From: Haliotis cracherodii
Lineage: Eukaryota
DNA length: 64,000 bases
Assembly (NCBI RefSeq): GCF_022045235.1
Contig: NW_027266266.1
Coordinates: 5,017,848-5,081,847, forward strand
Reading direction: 5' to 3'
Made by a program: the position numbers and the translations under genes. The notes under the pieces are model-generated. The model had not been told where the DNA came from, did not search any database, and worked only from the letters and a program-made list of their open reading frames with translations. Shown here in pieces: positions 48,188 to 60,150 of this stretch; positions within the stretch are counted from its first letter, which is position 1; every line of letters begins with the position of its first letter.

Positions 48188-48682
48188 TCAATCTCATTAA
48201 AATCAGATCTTAGTTCTCGTTATCCCTCAACAAAGATCTGAGGACATCCCATTATGGGACACGTCAGAGCGACCTTTCATCCGACCAATCAAAGCGTCCC
48301 ATGCCAGATCAAGAAAGTGACAGTCGGTTCCATCAAAAGTATCGTCTATGACTCGCTTCCATGGAATAAACATGTGAACGTAGGAGGCATTGCACAGTAC
48401 ATGGGAAGCACTGCCATACAATCGCAACCATTAGATCTTCTGGAATGTTCGTTAGTTCATTTTTCAAAATTTTAATCTAGAACTGTGTCAACATATCTTT
48501 CAAGCCTAGTGCCTTCAAGCTCGAGAAAGCTGCTTTCTAATTGGCTGATGTCACTTTCTTGATAGTCATTTCAGTGGTGTCAAAGTTCGCGAAAGGTCGT
48601 TCTAATGTGACCTGTAATAGGATGTCCTCAGATCTTTGTTTAGCAGCAGCGAGAACTTGGATCTGATTTTAATGAGATTGTA
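48188..48682. mobile_element. MITE family H
   Basis: Left end is caatctcattaaaatcagatcttagttctcgttatccctcaacaaagatctgaggacatccca. Right end is gatgtcctcagatctttgtttagcagcagcgagaacttggatctgattttaatgagattg. Confidence 0.8.
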
Positions 48683-51404
48683 AAAGTTTCAGCTGTATAA
48701 GGTTTAATAAAGTACAGTCATTCAGTCTTCCCAACTTCACAACAGACTGCTCTCCTTCTATCATTTTATTATTCATATAATTCATAACTAGTATTCATAC
48801 GTATAAAACAAATTTCCTGTCAAAGGTTTCCCGATATATACAAACATTTATGTGCGAGCAGCTTTATTTACAAGAACGTCGTTATCCAAGTGTTTACATC
48901 TTCTCTATGTTTCAGGTGGCCAGTATGACCCTCATAATCTAAAATATCGTCCACAAAATATTTCAAACAACAAAATCTTTCCAATAGCACCATAGAGTCT
49001 TTCAACAGATCAAGCAAGAGAAGATTGTCACAAAGTATAACAAGTCAGCCAAAATAATTGTTTGAACATACCAGGCTGACCTCAAAGAAATACATCACCA
49101 ACGCCACCATCGTAGTTTATCGAAAGTTTAGCTGATACATACTCTGATTCAAAAGCTCTTTCACAACAACCATTTTCAAAAGTATATATTGAACACACAG
49201 CTCATTAACATAATTAATTTGGTCTTAAAACTGAACACGAATCGAAACCTACTTCAAACACATTGGTCCTTCTAATTTTTAAAGCACAAGCAAGACTTTT
49301 GCATAATTCTTAAACAAATAGGTTTTCTTAAAAATTGAAATGCTTTTAATAGCACATAATAGCATCCACAGCAAGAAAGATAATGATTATATCAAAATAT
49401 TTTGGGAAACACATGAATTTGGATTTCAAATATACATTACAACACGGTACATCCTATAGTCATATTTGAGCAACTGGGTTAATACGAGCAGATATCTTAA
49501 TACTTAAAACCATGGCATGTTCATAAAATGCCAGGTCATGCAATAAACGGACAAAGTAAACTGAACAAAATCCATAAAACAAAAATATCACATAAACATT
49601 AATATAATTCACAATAACTTGTGGCCACTTGTGGCCAGCACCACCACTAAAATCAACAGAACAATAATGTGTGATGGGTGGAACTTGAAAACTAAATAAA
49701 GTTCATATCAAACCCTCCTATCTATCTGCATGAAAAGAATACATCATCAGAATAAATGTATAGCTTCTAAGTGCGAAGGAATAGTTTCAAATGCAACATA
49801 AATGCATAAACTATCGTCGTAACAACGGTTCTCATTGGAAACACCACAGAGCTGCTATTGAAACCGACAGCATCGGCAACCAGACATATTCGGTCGCTTC
49901 TGTGAATTCCGCATTTCACCGACTACAACAACACTTACTGTCGCCACAGCGAGTGAAACATGGATGACAGCAGCAGAGAAGAGACATGGGGAAGTGTTTT
50001 AATCAAGACTTGTTTACAGAGAATGTAACTTTTATCAAGAACTTCATGTGCATTGAATGTAAATAATAATTCCCCCTATACAGATTACTCATTTTCAGCA
50101 AAAATCTATTTTTTATTCATTATTAATGTAAAGCTTATCAGTCATTGGCTAGAAAAATTACTTCACGCATAATTTACTTCACTGTTTACGTCTTAGAGCT
50201 AGATCTAGTATTTGCCCAACAACTGTTTTTATAACATGGTTAATAAAACATTCCGTCAATCAATGTCAACAGTAAGGAATTAGTCTGTGTCTCATTGGCA
50301 CCTAAACAATAATATTAATGCCATGAATTTTATACTTTACAGTCAAGACTTCAGAGTCAGATGAACCAAAAGAAATTACTTAGCTTGTCCCTTATTTGTT
50401 TATCGCTGCCATTTCTCGAATGCTGTTTTTCTGGAAACAATTTCGTTAATTAACTACAGTCAGCTTTTGACGGATTCAGCCAAAGTTATTCCGATGAACT
50501 TGACCTAATTTCCCCACAGCAGCTGTGCACATTTTCCGCATCCAACCTCTGTCAAATTCGATACCGTTTCTTTTCATTTGAAAAATAAATGCATTTGTTT
50601 CCAAAAGAGAAGCAATGCTACCAATACGCCATTTTTTAAACCCATTCAACACTTTTTTTTCAATAGATAGGAGGGCCTGCATATATAGCATGTACATATT
50701 TTAGTTACGATATTAAAGTCTTTTACAATTATATGATTTTTATCAATGCTGAAATTCAGAAAATAGGATAATCATATAATTATGCAGTTCTTCATGCAAG
50801 TCTCCAAAGAAAAAGAATTTGGTTTGGTTAGTTCTCTACTTAGGAGATTACTCTTTTTAGTTGGTTTGTTTTGTCTTTACAATGCCGGTGGTCAACAAAC
50901 TATAAAATATAAATTGTCTTCAAATGAACCTGAATTTCCTAAATTTATGCCCATCAACAGCATTCACAAGAAGCCATGTGAATGTCAACCTTTTCATGCC
51001 CAAACAACTATGCAGACTGATATGTCATATCAAAGGGACATAACTTTTACCAGTCAACACGGCTTCAAACTCTTATGGTAAACATTATGCTATGTATTTT
51101 GTATTTCACAATAAATCCATTTTTCAACAATTTGTGTAATATTTCTTATTTCATAATACAATTCGAGTCACAGGTTTGAAAATATTATTTTAGAAAAGAT
51201 GTTTCAATTTTTTTTCATTGCTACTTTTAATGTCAGCAAATCCGTAAACCAGCAAAGAAAAATTAATTGCCTCAGCAGCAATATTTAACCTGTGAAATTA
51301 TCCTCAATATCCATGTCAACATCATCAGAAAGTATAAGCTATGTTAGCATGGTTGGGCTTTGGTCAATACTGTTTAGCAGTGGGACAGTATAGCTGGGGA
51401 TGGA

Positions 51405-51690
51405 GTGAGTGAGTGAGTGAATGAGTGAGTTGGGTTTAATGCTGCTTTGAATAATATTTCATTGTTATTTGTCACTGCATGTCACCTTGATGTGGAAGAA
51501 ATCCTGCACTAATGCAGTTTTCAGATGTTTACCACATTGATGAAACCCACAAGCATGTGTATGCTTCTGATAAACCTACAAACGTAATCCCTGCTAATCT
51601 AGGAGTCGAACCCTTGCATAAGGGACGTAACTCTGCACAGTTAAATTGCGGCACCGTAGACAACTGGCTGCCTGAGTCCCTCGCTGTGAT
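51405..51690 (-). mobile_element. SINE family B, old and diverged copy
   Basis: gagtgagtgagtgagtgaatgagtgagttgggtttaatgctgctttgaataatatttcattg...ccacattgatgaaacccacaagcatgtgtatgcttctgataaacctacaaacgtaatccctgctaatctaggagtcgaaccc. Confidence 0.6.
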
Positions 51691-52379
51691 AGGAAGGTTT
51701 GGGGAGAGGATGTCGAAGGCGTCAATACAGGACATGAGTTCATCCCTGCAATATTTCAAAATCCCAATCTTGCTTGGTATGCCATATGGGTTATATCACA
51801 AGTAATATTTTCCTGTAACCATGGAAACCTGAATTATTAGAATAGTTTCAAACAAAGATGATAAGATAATAAAGGATATGTCTTCCACCGCACTTGTCTA
51901 AAAATGTGTGTTTGTTTATTACCGCCTATGTTGGAGATCAGTGTTAAAACAGTGCATCATTTCTTCACGCTTAGAATTTCCTATGTACACTACTTAGTTC
52001 TCACTCATAAATAGAATATATATAACATTACAATCTGCCATCAAGGTGTCATTGAAAACACTAACAAATAGATCTCAGTGTACATCATTGTATCATCTAA
52101 CACAGAAAAGGATATATGCACTAACAATTTGAATACAGAAACAATTTATTTACAAGAGATCTCATGCCCGTACTAGAGATGAGGCAGGTTTGTAACTCGC
52201 ATTCTGATTGGTTAGTTAGACTGAACAGAGGAGCAATCAAATTATGAACATCAAGGGCGGGTAATTGGAGATCCCGATAACGGATCCCGCGGATAGTGTA
52301 GGTTCAAAGAAAGGCAAACCCTGGAGATATAGAGGATGAGGATTGTGTTTATTGGGTGGCTGTACTGAAACATTCTGGG

Positions 52380-52865
52380 CATCTCTAGTAACACCCCATC
52401 TCTAGTAATAGCCCATCTATAGTAACAGCCCATCTCTAGTAACACCCCCATCTATAGTAACAGCCCATCTCTAGTAACACCCCCATCTATAGTAACTCCC
52501 CATCTCTAGTAACAGCCCATCTCTAGTAACAGCCCATATCTAGTAACACCCCCAAAACTAGTAACACCCCCATCTCTAGTAACATCCCCATCTCTAGTAA
52601 CACCCCCATCTCTAGTAACAGCCCATCTCTAGTAACACCCCCATCTCTAGTAACAGCCCATCTATAGTAACAGCCCATCTCTATTAACACCCCCATCTAT
52701 AGTAACAGCCCATCTCTAGTAACACCCCCATCTATAGTAACTCCCCATCTCTAGTAACAGCCCATCTCTAGTAACAGCCCATCTCTAGTAACACCCCCAT
52801 CTATAGTAACACCCCAATCTCTAGTAACACCCCCATCTCTAGTAACACCCCCATCTTGTTGTGTA
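52380..52865. repeat. 17-bp tandem repeat x about 28 (CCCCATCTCTAGTAACA, with AGCCCATCT variants)
   Basis: Direct periodicity. Confidence 0.9.
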
Positions 52866-52965
52866 AACATGTAGCAATCTAACAATAAGTTTTACAAAAT
52901 TCCTGTTTCCTCTTAAAAAAAGGAATATGGTCTTACAAAGCATTGATAACTTAGGTCCTGCAAGG

Positions 52966-53137
52966 CATCAATGTGAGTGAGTGAGTGAGTTTGATTTTAT
53001 GCCGCTTTTAGCAATATTCTGGCGGGGGACACCAGAAATGGGCTTCACACATTGTACCCATGTTGAGAATCGAACCCGGATCTCGGCGTGACGAGCAAAC
53101 GCTTTAACCACTAGGCTACCCGACCGCCCCCATCAAT
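52966..53137 (-). mobile_element. SINE family A
   Basis: gtgagtgagtgagtttgattttatgccgcttttagcaatattctggcgggggacaccagaaatgggcttcacacattgtacccatgttgagaatcgaacccggatctcggcgtgacgagcaaacgctttaaccactaggctacccgaccgcc. Confidence 0.8.
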
Positions 53138-53194
53138 GTGAGTATCTAGGTTTTCAGATAACAAGGTGTAATCTCAGACCCCGCATTATCCTTG

Positions 53195-53640
53195 AGTAAG
53201 CATTGATTAACAGTATTTCAGTTATATCAGGCCAGCTTAATGTGGGAGGAAAGCTTGACCCATGAGTGAGTGAGTTGGGTTTAACGCCGCTTTTAACTGT
53301 ATTCCAGTTATATCGCGGCGTGTCAGCTTAATGTGAGAGGAAAGCCGGAAGTGATGCAGGTCTCAGACGTTTACCACTTCGGTGAAACCCAAGAGCACGG
53401 GTATGGTGCTGACAAACCTAGAAACATAATCGGGCGAACCGGGATTCCAATCCACAATAATAGGTCTCTCATGTGCCCAAGGGACGCAACTCTGCACAGC
53501 GAATCGCGGCGCCTCAGATGACTCGGCCACCCGTGCCCCCTTGAATAATGGGTCGGTGCTGACAAACCATAATCAGGACATATCTGGGATCTAAACTCAC
53601 AATCGTCGGGTTCAGGCACAGCTCTGCAGAGTGAATTGTG
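53195..53640 (-). mobile_element. SINE family B cluster: a full copy at about 53268-53535 flanked by partial copies
   Basis: gagtgagtgagttgggtttaacgccgcttttaactgtattccagttatatcgcggcgtgtcagcttaatgtgagaggaaagccggaagtgatgcagg...gatgactcggccacccgtgccccc. The head fragment repeats at 53540-53640. Confidence 0.8.
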
Positions 53641-54083
53641 GGGCCTTGGATGCCTTAATCGTCTTCAAGATGTGAAGATTATGATTGCACAGAGTTGACG
53701 AGAATGGACATGATGGATAGCACATGTTTGACAAGGGTTGCATGTGTCTTTGCTCTCATAAACAAAATAAATAAATACTCAAAATATTGACGCAGCAATA
53801 CTTTCATCATGTCAACGAGTAGAATTATGAAAAAACAAATGTCTGTTTTTCATCTCCCGATGAAGCATTTCACACACACATTCTAAAATCCTTAAATGCC
53901 ATGCATTTTCATTACTACTTCACAAAAAAATATCCTTTGATAACTCAATTCACACAAATAGCTTGCTTATAAATGTAATGAAAGAAAATATTTGTCATAC
54001 ATTATAAAAATAGTTGATGAAGGTTGACAAGAGATGACTGGCTGATGATGAGGGTTGTGCTGTGACCGGAACCGCGACGAGGG

Positions 54084-54262
54084 CTATGACCGGAACGTGT
54101 GAACAACGCGCACCACGTACTGTCGGCACATGGGGCACTCGGCGAGGCGCTTGCCGCAGGATGTGCACGTGATCATGTGACCACACTCCAGTAGAACACA
54201 GTCTATAGTATTGTCCATGCATATCTTACACAGGTCCTGCTCAGAACTGGTGGTTATCCCTG
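54084..54262 (-). CDS. RNF34-like terminal RING exon ((A)[58 protein letters not shown])
   Basis: Reverse-strand translation gives a C3HC4 RING finger that is near-identical to the human RNF34 C-terminus ([50 protein letters not shown]). The stop codon TAG is at 54084-54086. The acceptor is tttccag|CA. Position cross-checked against the overlapping out-of-frame ORF 53995..54222(-). Confidence 0.85.
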
Positions 54263-54339
54263 CTGGAAAGGAAGAAGTAACTGTGACAAAAAGTGAAAGG
54301 AATGTCTTTTACCGGGACTTGTTCTAAAATGGCAAAGAC

Positions 54340-54702
54340 ATCTTTCCGAGGAAAGGGAGTTAACTGACTATTTAAGTCCAGTTTCCACCCTCGCTAACTA
54401 GTCTGGAATTTCTTGGCTCAATCGCAGCGCCAAAAGTGGCTATTACTATTTATGTCCCTTCTATATCCCTCCTATTGATCAATCAGATTCCACCTTATAT
54501 CACTTGCACTTGCCTAAAACAAAATGGCATCACCCAGTGAAGATTATCTCATCGATAATCAAGATCTATATTGTAAAAAAAAGGTCTTACTTATGCACAG
54601 ACTTGTTAGCCCAGCCAAAATATAACTCCATAATTCCAGCCTAGTTCGGCAAGGATGGAAACTGGACTTTTATAGTCAGTTAAATCCCTTGCCCCAGGAA
54701 GA
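54340..54702. mobile_element. MITE family E, shorter copy with an internal deletion
   Basis: Left end is tttccgaggaaagggagttaactgactatttaagtccagtttccaccctcgctaactagtctggaatt. Right end is ccagcctagttcggcaaggatggaaactggacttttatagtcagttaaatcccttgccccagg. Confidence 0.75.
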
Positions 54703-55562
54703 TGGTCCAAAGAGTGAATGACACTTAATCCTAACATGATTAACATGATGAGCTGTAAGCTCACTGATACCTTTTGCCAGCTGAGTAGGCTGGTTATCCT
54801 CAGATTCTCTGGGGTTTTCCTTTTGCTTTTATGGAATTACAAAAAAATGAAACTGTAAAACTGTAAAGTCGCTAGTTGACCACTTGAAAGACATGTATGA
54901 AAATGCTATTGGTTCACGATGTAAGTAAACCCTTCACTGATTGAACTTAAGTCGTCATGGAAACCAGAAAAAAATCAAATATTTTATTTTAGGAATATTT
55001 TTTTTTTCTAGTGGCATGGGATAATAAGGTATTTGCTGTTTTTTGTCTGTTTTTTTTGGGGGGGGGAGGGGGGGATTTTATAACAAATTGACATTTAACT
55101 AATACGCGGATGTAATGTTGAATGTTCTTATCAAATGCATGTTCTATACTCAGAGGTTATCATGTGGCAGTTAAGATATCTTACCCCATATCAAATCCAA
55201 GACCCCCATATCAGCTGTCTTGGGTTGATAAGAGATATGATATGGAAACTGCCATATAATGATCTTTTTATCATATATCATAACATCAAATGGTAAAGTG
55301 TTACTGTTTGAAAGGGAATGCAATACAATTTCATCCTGTTTGGAAAACATTGTCTCGTAAAGCAAGCTGAGCAGACACACAGGTAAGGGACATCACTCTA
55401 ATTTCTTACCACCCAGGCTGATATCAATTCCCCGTCCAAAATGCTTGACACGTTTTATCAGATACGGATCAGGTTATTACACCCCCTATGATATGACTAT
55501 CTCCATGTTGGCTCTATTGCACATGCCAAGAGCATCATATCACTGAAAGGTATGTGATAAAA

Positions 55563-56000
55563 TATATTACATATACTACCAGAGCTCCAGATAACCTTTT
55601 GAGCAATTGAGTTTATACTCAAGGGATATGATTTTAATTGGGTTATTACATTTTTCATTGGGAAATTCATCACTCTATTGAGTTTTCCCCAAGTTAGTGA
55701 CCATTTTAAGATTTAAAAAAAAATGAAATATTGTTTCAGATGTACCCCGGGTATATAACTGTTCTAAATATATAGGCTTAACTGAAAGTAAATTAGCTCG
55801 TAACTGTGTTTCGGAAATTTGCACGCACGCTGAAAAAGCTTCATTGGGTATTTACGCGTGGCGTTTTTATACATTTGAGTTTTTTATTTAACGCATGCGC
55901 TTCTGTATGCAAGTTAACTAAAATTTGTTGGTTTTTTTTTTTTTTTTTGGGGGGGGGGGGATTTTATGCAAATACACTGCTTATCTGTAGCTTATCTGTA
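55563..56000 (+). repeat. Dispersed repeat family I, copy 2, with a T17 G12 homopolymer junction
   Basis: Shares the consensus of 10615-11075. Contains tttttttttttttttttggggggggggggattttatgcaaatac. Confidence 0.7.
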
Positions 56001-56439
56001 CAACTCAAAAGAACTTGAAGAAAACCAAATGTTTTCATGTTACTATAGTTAATCAGTCATACCATGAAAGACCACTTAGTCATATAAAAAAAAATGGGGT
56101 GTTTTTAAAAAAAAATTTAGTAGGACATATTAGAAGTCGAACATGTCATATTTAAGAGCCGTATTCAATGGGAGGAGTTATTGGGTCAATACATCATGAC
56201 ACATATCAACTAGATGAAATAATGTCGGAACAAGGCTTAAACTGACCAGAGGATGGCCATCTTGACAGACAGCCATTCGATCAATGACCAAAGAACACTA
56301 TTTATACTTACTTAATTTATCTGCATTCTCTCTCATCTTTTCAGCTGCAAATTGAGGAAAGAAATGTAAGAAAGGACTAAACAATGACCCAAACCCAGCT
56401 CTCTAACAGGTCAGGCAAAATTGGGCTTAATGTTTTGTC

Positions 56440-56705
56440 ATAAATAGCAACGTACATGCACGTTTGAGTGGGTTTGCGGCTGCTTGTACTAGTCCGGACT
56501 GATGCCGATTTATAGTGCTAGCCTGGGTACTGAGACCATGCCGCAGTTTAACATACCCCACTCAGACACAGTATACGCCAGACAGGGTAACAACAAGTAC
56601 CATCTTTTAACATCTTTTGGTATGACGTGGCCGGTGATCGAACCGCGGCCCTTCTGCTCTCAGGACGGACGCTCTACCAGTAGACCACGGCGGTGCTCTA
56701 GGACA
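56440..56705 (-). mobile_element. SINE family D
   Basis: Reverse complement of 6795-7010: ...gccagacagggtaacaacaagtaccatcttttaacatcttttggtatgacgtggccggtgatcgaaccgcggcccttctgctctcaggacggacgctctaccagtagaccacggcggtgctc. Confidence 0.7.
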
Positions 56706-56799
56706 GGAATAGTTACACTTTTCTGCAAGTGTTCTATGGTCACAGTATGGAAAATTCAGAAGTGTTTCTTCTCCAACATTACTTCTGTGACATGAAGTA

Positions 56800-56957
56800 T
56801 GTTCATAACATTCTAATATTGCAATGAGCCAGCAATGTCACATTTGGGGACACTAGAACTGGAATTCATGTATTGTACACACGTGGGGAGTTGAACCCAG
56901 CACTGTGGCGTTACAAGCCATGCTTTCATCATTAAGCTACCCCAGTGCCCCTTTTTT
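56800..56957 (-). mobile_element. SINE family A-like, diverged
   Basis: agcaatgtcacatttggggacactagaactggaattcatgtattgtacacacgtggggagttgaacccagcactgtggcgttacaagccatgctttcatcattaagctacccc. Confidence 0.5.
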
Positions 56958-57179
56958 TTGCCTGTAGCAAGGGCTACAATATTACTCCCGTCAATGTATC
57001 AGTGTGCATTCATCCTCAGCTCCCCGGGGAGTATACAACCCAAGCTGCCTGTGAGGCACTATAAAATAAAAAATAACATTACCATGTAATTCTACTGGGT
57101 ACCCGTTCACTGATGGCTGAACGGAGGTATCTTGTGAACCAAGTCAACTGAGGAGACATCATACGCTTGATGTAAATTC

Positions 57180-57800
57180 AGGCTACTGGTCTCCTGTCTA
57201 GAAGCTACTGGTCTCCTGTCTAGAAGCTACTGGTCTCCTGTCTAGAAGCTACTGGTCTCCTGTCTAGAAGCTACTGGTCTCCTGTTAAGTAGCTACTGGT
57301 CTCCTGTCTAGAAGCTACTGGTCTCCTGTCTAGTAGCTACTGGTCTCCTGTCTAGAAGCTACTGGTCTCCTGTCTAGTAGCTACTGGTCTCCTGTCTACA
57401 AGCTACTGGTCTCCTGTCTAGAAGCTACTGGTCTCCTGTTAAGTAGCTACTGGTCTCTTGTCTAGAAGCTACTGGTCTCCTGTCTAGAAGCTACTGGTCT
57501 CCTGTCTAGTAGCTACTGGTCTCCTGTCTACAAGCTACTGGTCTCCTGTCTACAAGCTACTGGTCTCCTGTCTAGAAACTACTGGTCTCCTGTTAAGTAG
57601 CTACTGGTCTCTTGTCTAGAAGCTACTAGTCTCCTGTTAAGTAGCTACTGGTCTCCTGTCTAGAAGTTACTGGTCTCCTGTCTAGAAGCTATTGGTCTCT
57701 TGTCTAGAAGCTACTGGTCTCTTGTCTAGAAGCTACTGGTCTCCTGTCTAGTAGCTACTTGTCTGCTGTCTCCTAGCTACTTATCTCCTGTCTCGAAACT
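57180..57800. repeat. 22-bp tandem repeat x about 28 (CTACTGGTCTCCTGTCTAGAAG) in the RNF34-like intron
   Basis: Direct periodicity, ending about 110 bp from the exon at 57911-58112. Confidence 0.95.
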
Positions 57801-57910
57801 ACTTGGCTATATTTGGACATATAATGATATGATGTGCGCCAAAGCAGGCAGGTTGTATTTGGACAGAATATACCGCATGTCGCGTTGAATAATTCCTCAA
57901 TATTGTTTAC

Positions 57911-58112
57911 CTTTGTCTTTGTTGGACTGTTCTTCATTCCACAGCCGCTTCACTCTATCAGTGAGTTCCGTCTTTTCACAGCACCCCTTGTAATCGACAA
58001 AGTTGTTTGCAAGGACCTCTTTCAGTTGCCTGACCGTCAGTGTGTCGACTTCCCCCACAGTGGCAATATTTTCAAGCCTCATACGCGGGACTCGGTCTAA
58101 CGTTGGTGACTC
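57911..58112 (-). CDS. RNF34-like pre-RING exon ([67 protein letters not shown])
   Basis: Frame is anchored by ORF 57897..58136(-). Acceptor is ggtattgcag|GAG and donor is AAAG|GTAAAC, ending in phase 1. This fits the 2-nt phase of the downstream RING exon. Matches human RNF34 [43 protein letters not shown]. Confidence 0.8.
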
Positions 58113-58239
58113 CTGCAATACCCATGTGTGAGACATTCACAGTTATGTTTCAACCTAATATTTCAGATGTGTTCAACAGGACAAGAAAATGTCTACTACA
58201 GAACAAATGTCTCTCATTATATCAATAAATTATATTTTT

Positions 58240-58500
58240 TATTGTATGTTGTTTAACGTCACATTCAGCAATATTCCAGCCACATGACGGTGGTCTGTAA
58301 ATAATCGAGTCTGAACCAGACAATTCGTTGACTGACATCATGAGCATTGATCTACGCAATTGGGATCAATAACATGCATCAACTAAGTCAGCGACCCTGA
58401 CCACTTGATCCTGTTAGTCGCATCTTACAAGCATAGTCGCCTATTATGGCAAGAATGGGTTGCTGAAGACCTATTCTAACACGATCTTCATGGGTCCAAT
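58240..58500 (-). mobile_element. SINE family C (in RNF34-like intron)
   Basis: tgttgtttaacgtcacattcagcaatattccagccacatgacggtggtctgtaaataatcgagtctgaaccagacaattcgttgactgacatcatgagcattgatctacgcaattgggatcaataacatgcatc...gggttgctgaagacctattctaacacgatcttcatgggtcc. Confidence 0.85.
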
Positions 58501-58644
58501 AAATTTTCATGTTTATGAATATACATAATCTTTTAATAAATATATGTGACCTAGATATGCCACAGTGGAAAAACCTTTCTGAACACAACCACCAGTGTCA
58601 AAGCTCCTGAATGAAGGAAAAAACAACAACAATTATTTGACTTT

Positions 58645-58862
58645 GTTTGTTTCCTGTTGAACACCACACTCAGCAATATTCCAGCAATTTGATTGCAGCC
58701 TGTAAATAATCGAGTCTGGACCAGGCAGTCCAGTGATTGATATTGTGAGCAATGATCCAAGCCATTAGGATATGATGACACGCCATCACCGAGTCTGACC
58801 ACCCAATTCATTTAGCGGCCTCTTACGACCAGCAGAGGTTGCTGTGGACAAATTCTAAACCA
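58645..58862 (-). mobile_element. SINE family C
   Basis: gtttcctgttgaacaccacactcagcaatattccagcaatttgattgcagcctgtaaataatcgagtctggaccaggcagtccagtgattgatattgtgagcaatgatccaagcc. Confidence 0.8.
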
Positions 58863-59039
58863 GGATCCCAATTGGAAATTATTCAAGTAAATATTACGCT
58901 GTGTGTTACCCAAAGGCTATATCAAAGTTGATTGTGACGCCATTTCATTATTAGAGCTAAACTGTGTCATGTGGGTCTTACCAAAGGCAAAGAGGTGAGG
59001 TGAAATTGGGTTTAACGTCATGTCCAAGATTATTGCACT

Positions 59040-59290
59040 TATATAGCGACTTGCATGTACGTGTGTGTGCGTGTGGCTGCTTGTACTAGTCCGGACTGAT
59101 GCTGATTTATAGTGCAGTATACTGACTCCGAGCCAACCAGTCCTTGTTTTAGCCCCTTAATGCCGAGCGCCAGACAGGGTTACAACCAGTAACATCAACA
59201 ACGTCTTTTGGTTTGACACGTTTAGGGATTCAACCCCGCCCCTTCCGCTCTCCGGGCGCACGCTCTACCACTCGACCACGGAGGTGGTCC
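59040..59290 (-). mobile_element. SINE family D
   Basis: gctgcttgtactagtccggactgatgctgatttatagtgcag...gccagacagggttacaaccagtaacatcaacaacgtcttttggtttgacacgtttagggattcaaccccgccccttccgctctccgggcgcacgctctaccactcgaccacggaggtggtcc. Confidence 0.7.
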
Positions 59291-59641
59291 AAAAGCACAG
59301 AGGCATATGCAGGGGTTAACCTTGACTTACAAAACTGGGGTCCAGGGACCTACAATAATTAATTTCAAGAGTCCTTACAGGAAATATGAGGGTCCTGTAA
59401 ATTAATGAAAAAGTGGTACTACTTCAGAATTTATTGAGAGTTCGTGATGACTGTTCTGCAGTCACATCAGTTGAGAACTTCATCTCAGTTGTTTGCATGT
59501 GGGCATTATCAGCACACAAGATCAGCACTGGCTGGATACTTATAAGTGGTCCTAAAGCTTTCACTTTTATCCTTCGGGCCTCGAGGCTTCAATGTTTGAA
59601 TCACCACTGATCAGTGCTGATGGTAGGAGTAGCCTGAGTAC

Positions 59642-59728
59642 CTGCATGGGTTCCTCTGGAGACGGGACACTGTCTCTCGGTGTGTCTGTAGGGGGCACAT
59701 CGGGGACACTGTCTTCTCTCATCCGCTC
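59642..59728 (-). CDS. RNF34-like candidate linker exon (ERMREDSVPDVPPTDTPRDSVPSPEEPMQ)
   Basis: Acceptor is ttatttacag|GAG and donor is CAG|GTACTC. The exon is 87 nt, phase 0 to phase 0, with a Ser/Pro/Asp/Glu-rich composition like the RNF34 linker. Frame is anchored by ORF 59567..59776(-). No strong homology, so this is tentative. Confidence 0.4.
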
Positions 59729-59759
59729 CTGTAAATAAACTCTGATGCAGACAAATTCA

Positions 59760-60150
59760 TCTTTGAAAGTAGACAAACAGATTTACAGCTCTCTCAAGTC
59801 CTGCCTACCTGAGTTGATTGAAAAAAACATCATCTTCAACTCTATTCAATCCAAGCAAGTCTTACCACCAACTGCTGTACCAGTCTCTCTAGCTCCACCT
59901 CTCTGAGTTGATTGACATTTATACATCCCTCCCACTCTACTCAACACAAGCAAGTCTTACCACCAACTGCTGCACCAGTCTCTCAAGCTCCACCTCTCAG
60001 AGTTGATTGACATTTATACATCCCTCCTACTCTACTCAACACAAGCAAGTCTTACTACCAACTGCTGCACCAGTCTCTCAAGCTCCACCTCTCAGAGTTG
60101 ATTGACATTTATACATCCCTCCTACTCTACTCAACACAAGCAAGTCTTAC
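59760..60150. repeat. About 95-bp tandem repeat x4-5 that duplicates the 3' end and donor site of the RNF34-like FYVE exon
   Basis: The unit ...TCAACACAAGCAAGTCTTACCACCAACTGCTGCACCAGTCTCTCAAGCTCCACCTCTCAGAGTTGATTGACATTTATACATCCCTCCTACTCTAC occurs at about 59851, 59937 and 60032, with a degenerate copy at about 59760. The copy at 60127 runs straight into the real exon (60151..). Confidence 0.85.
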
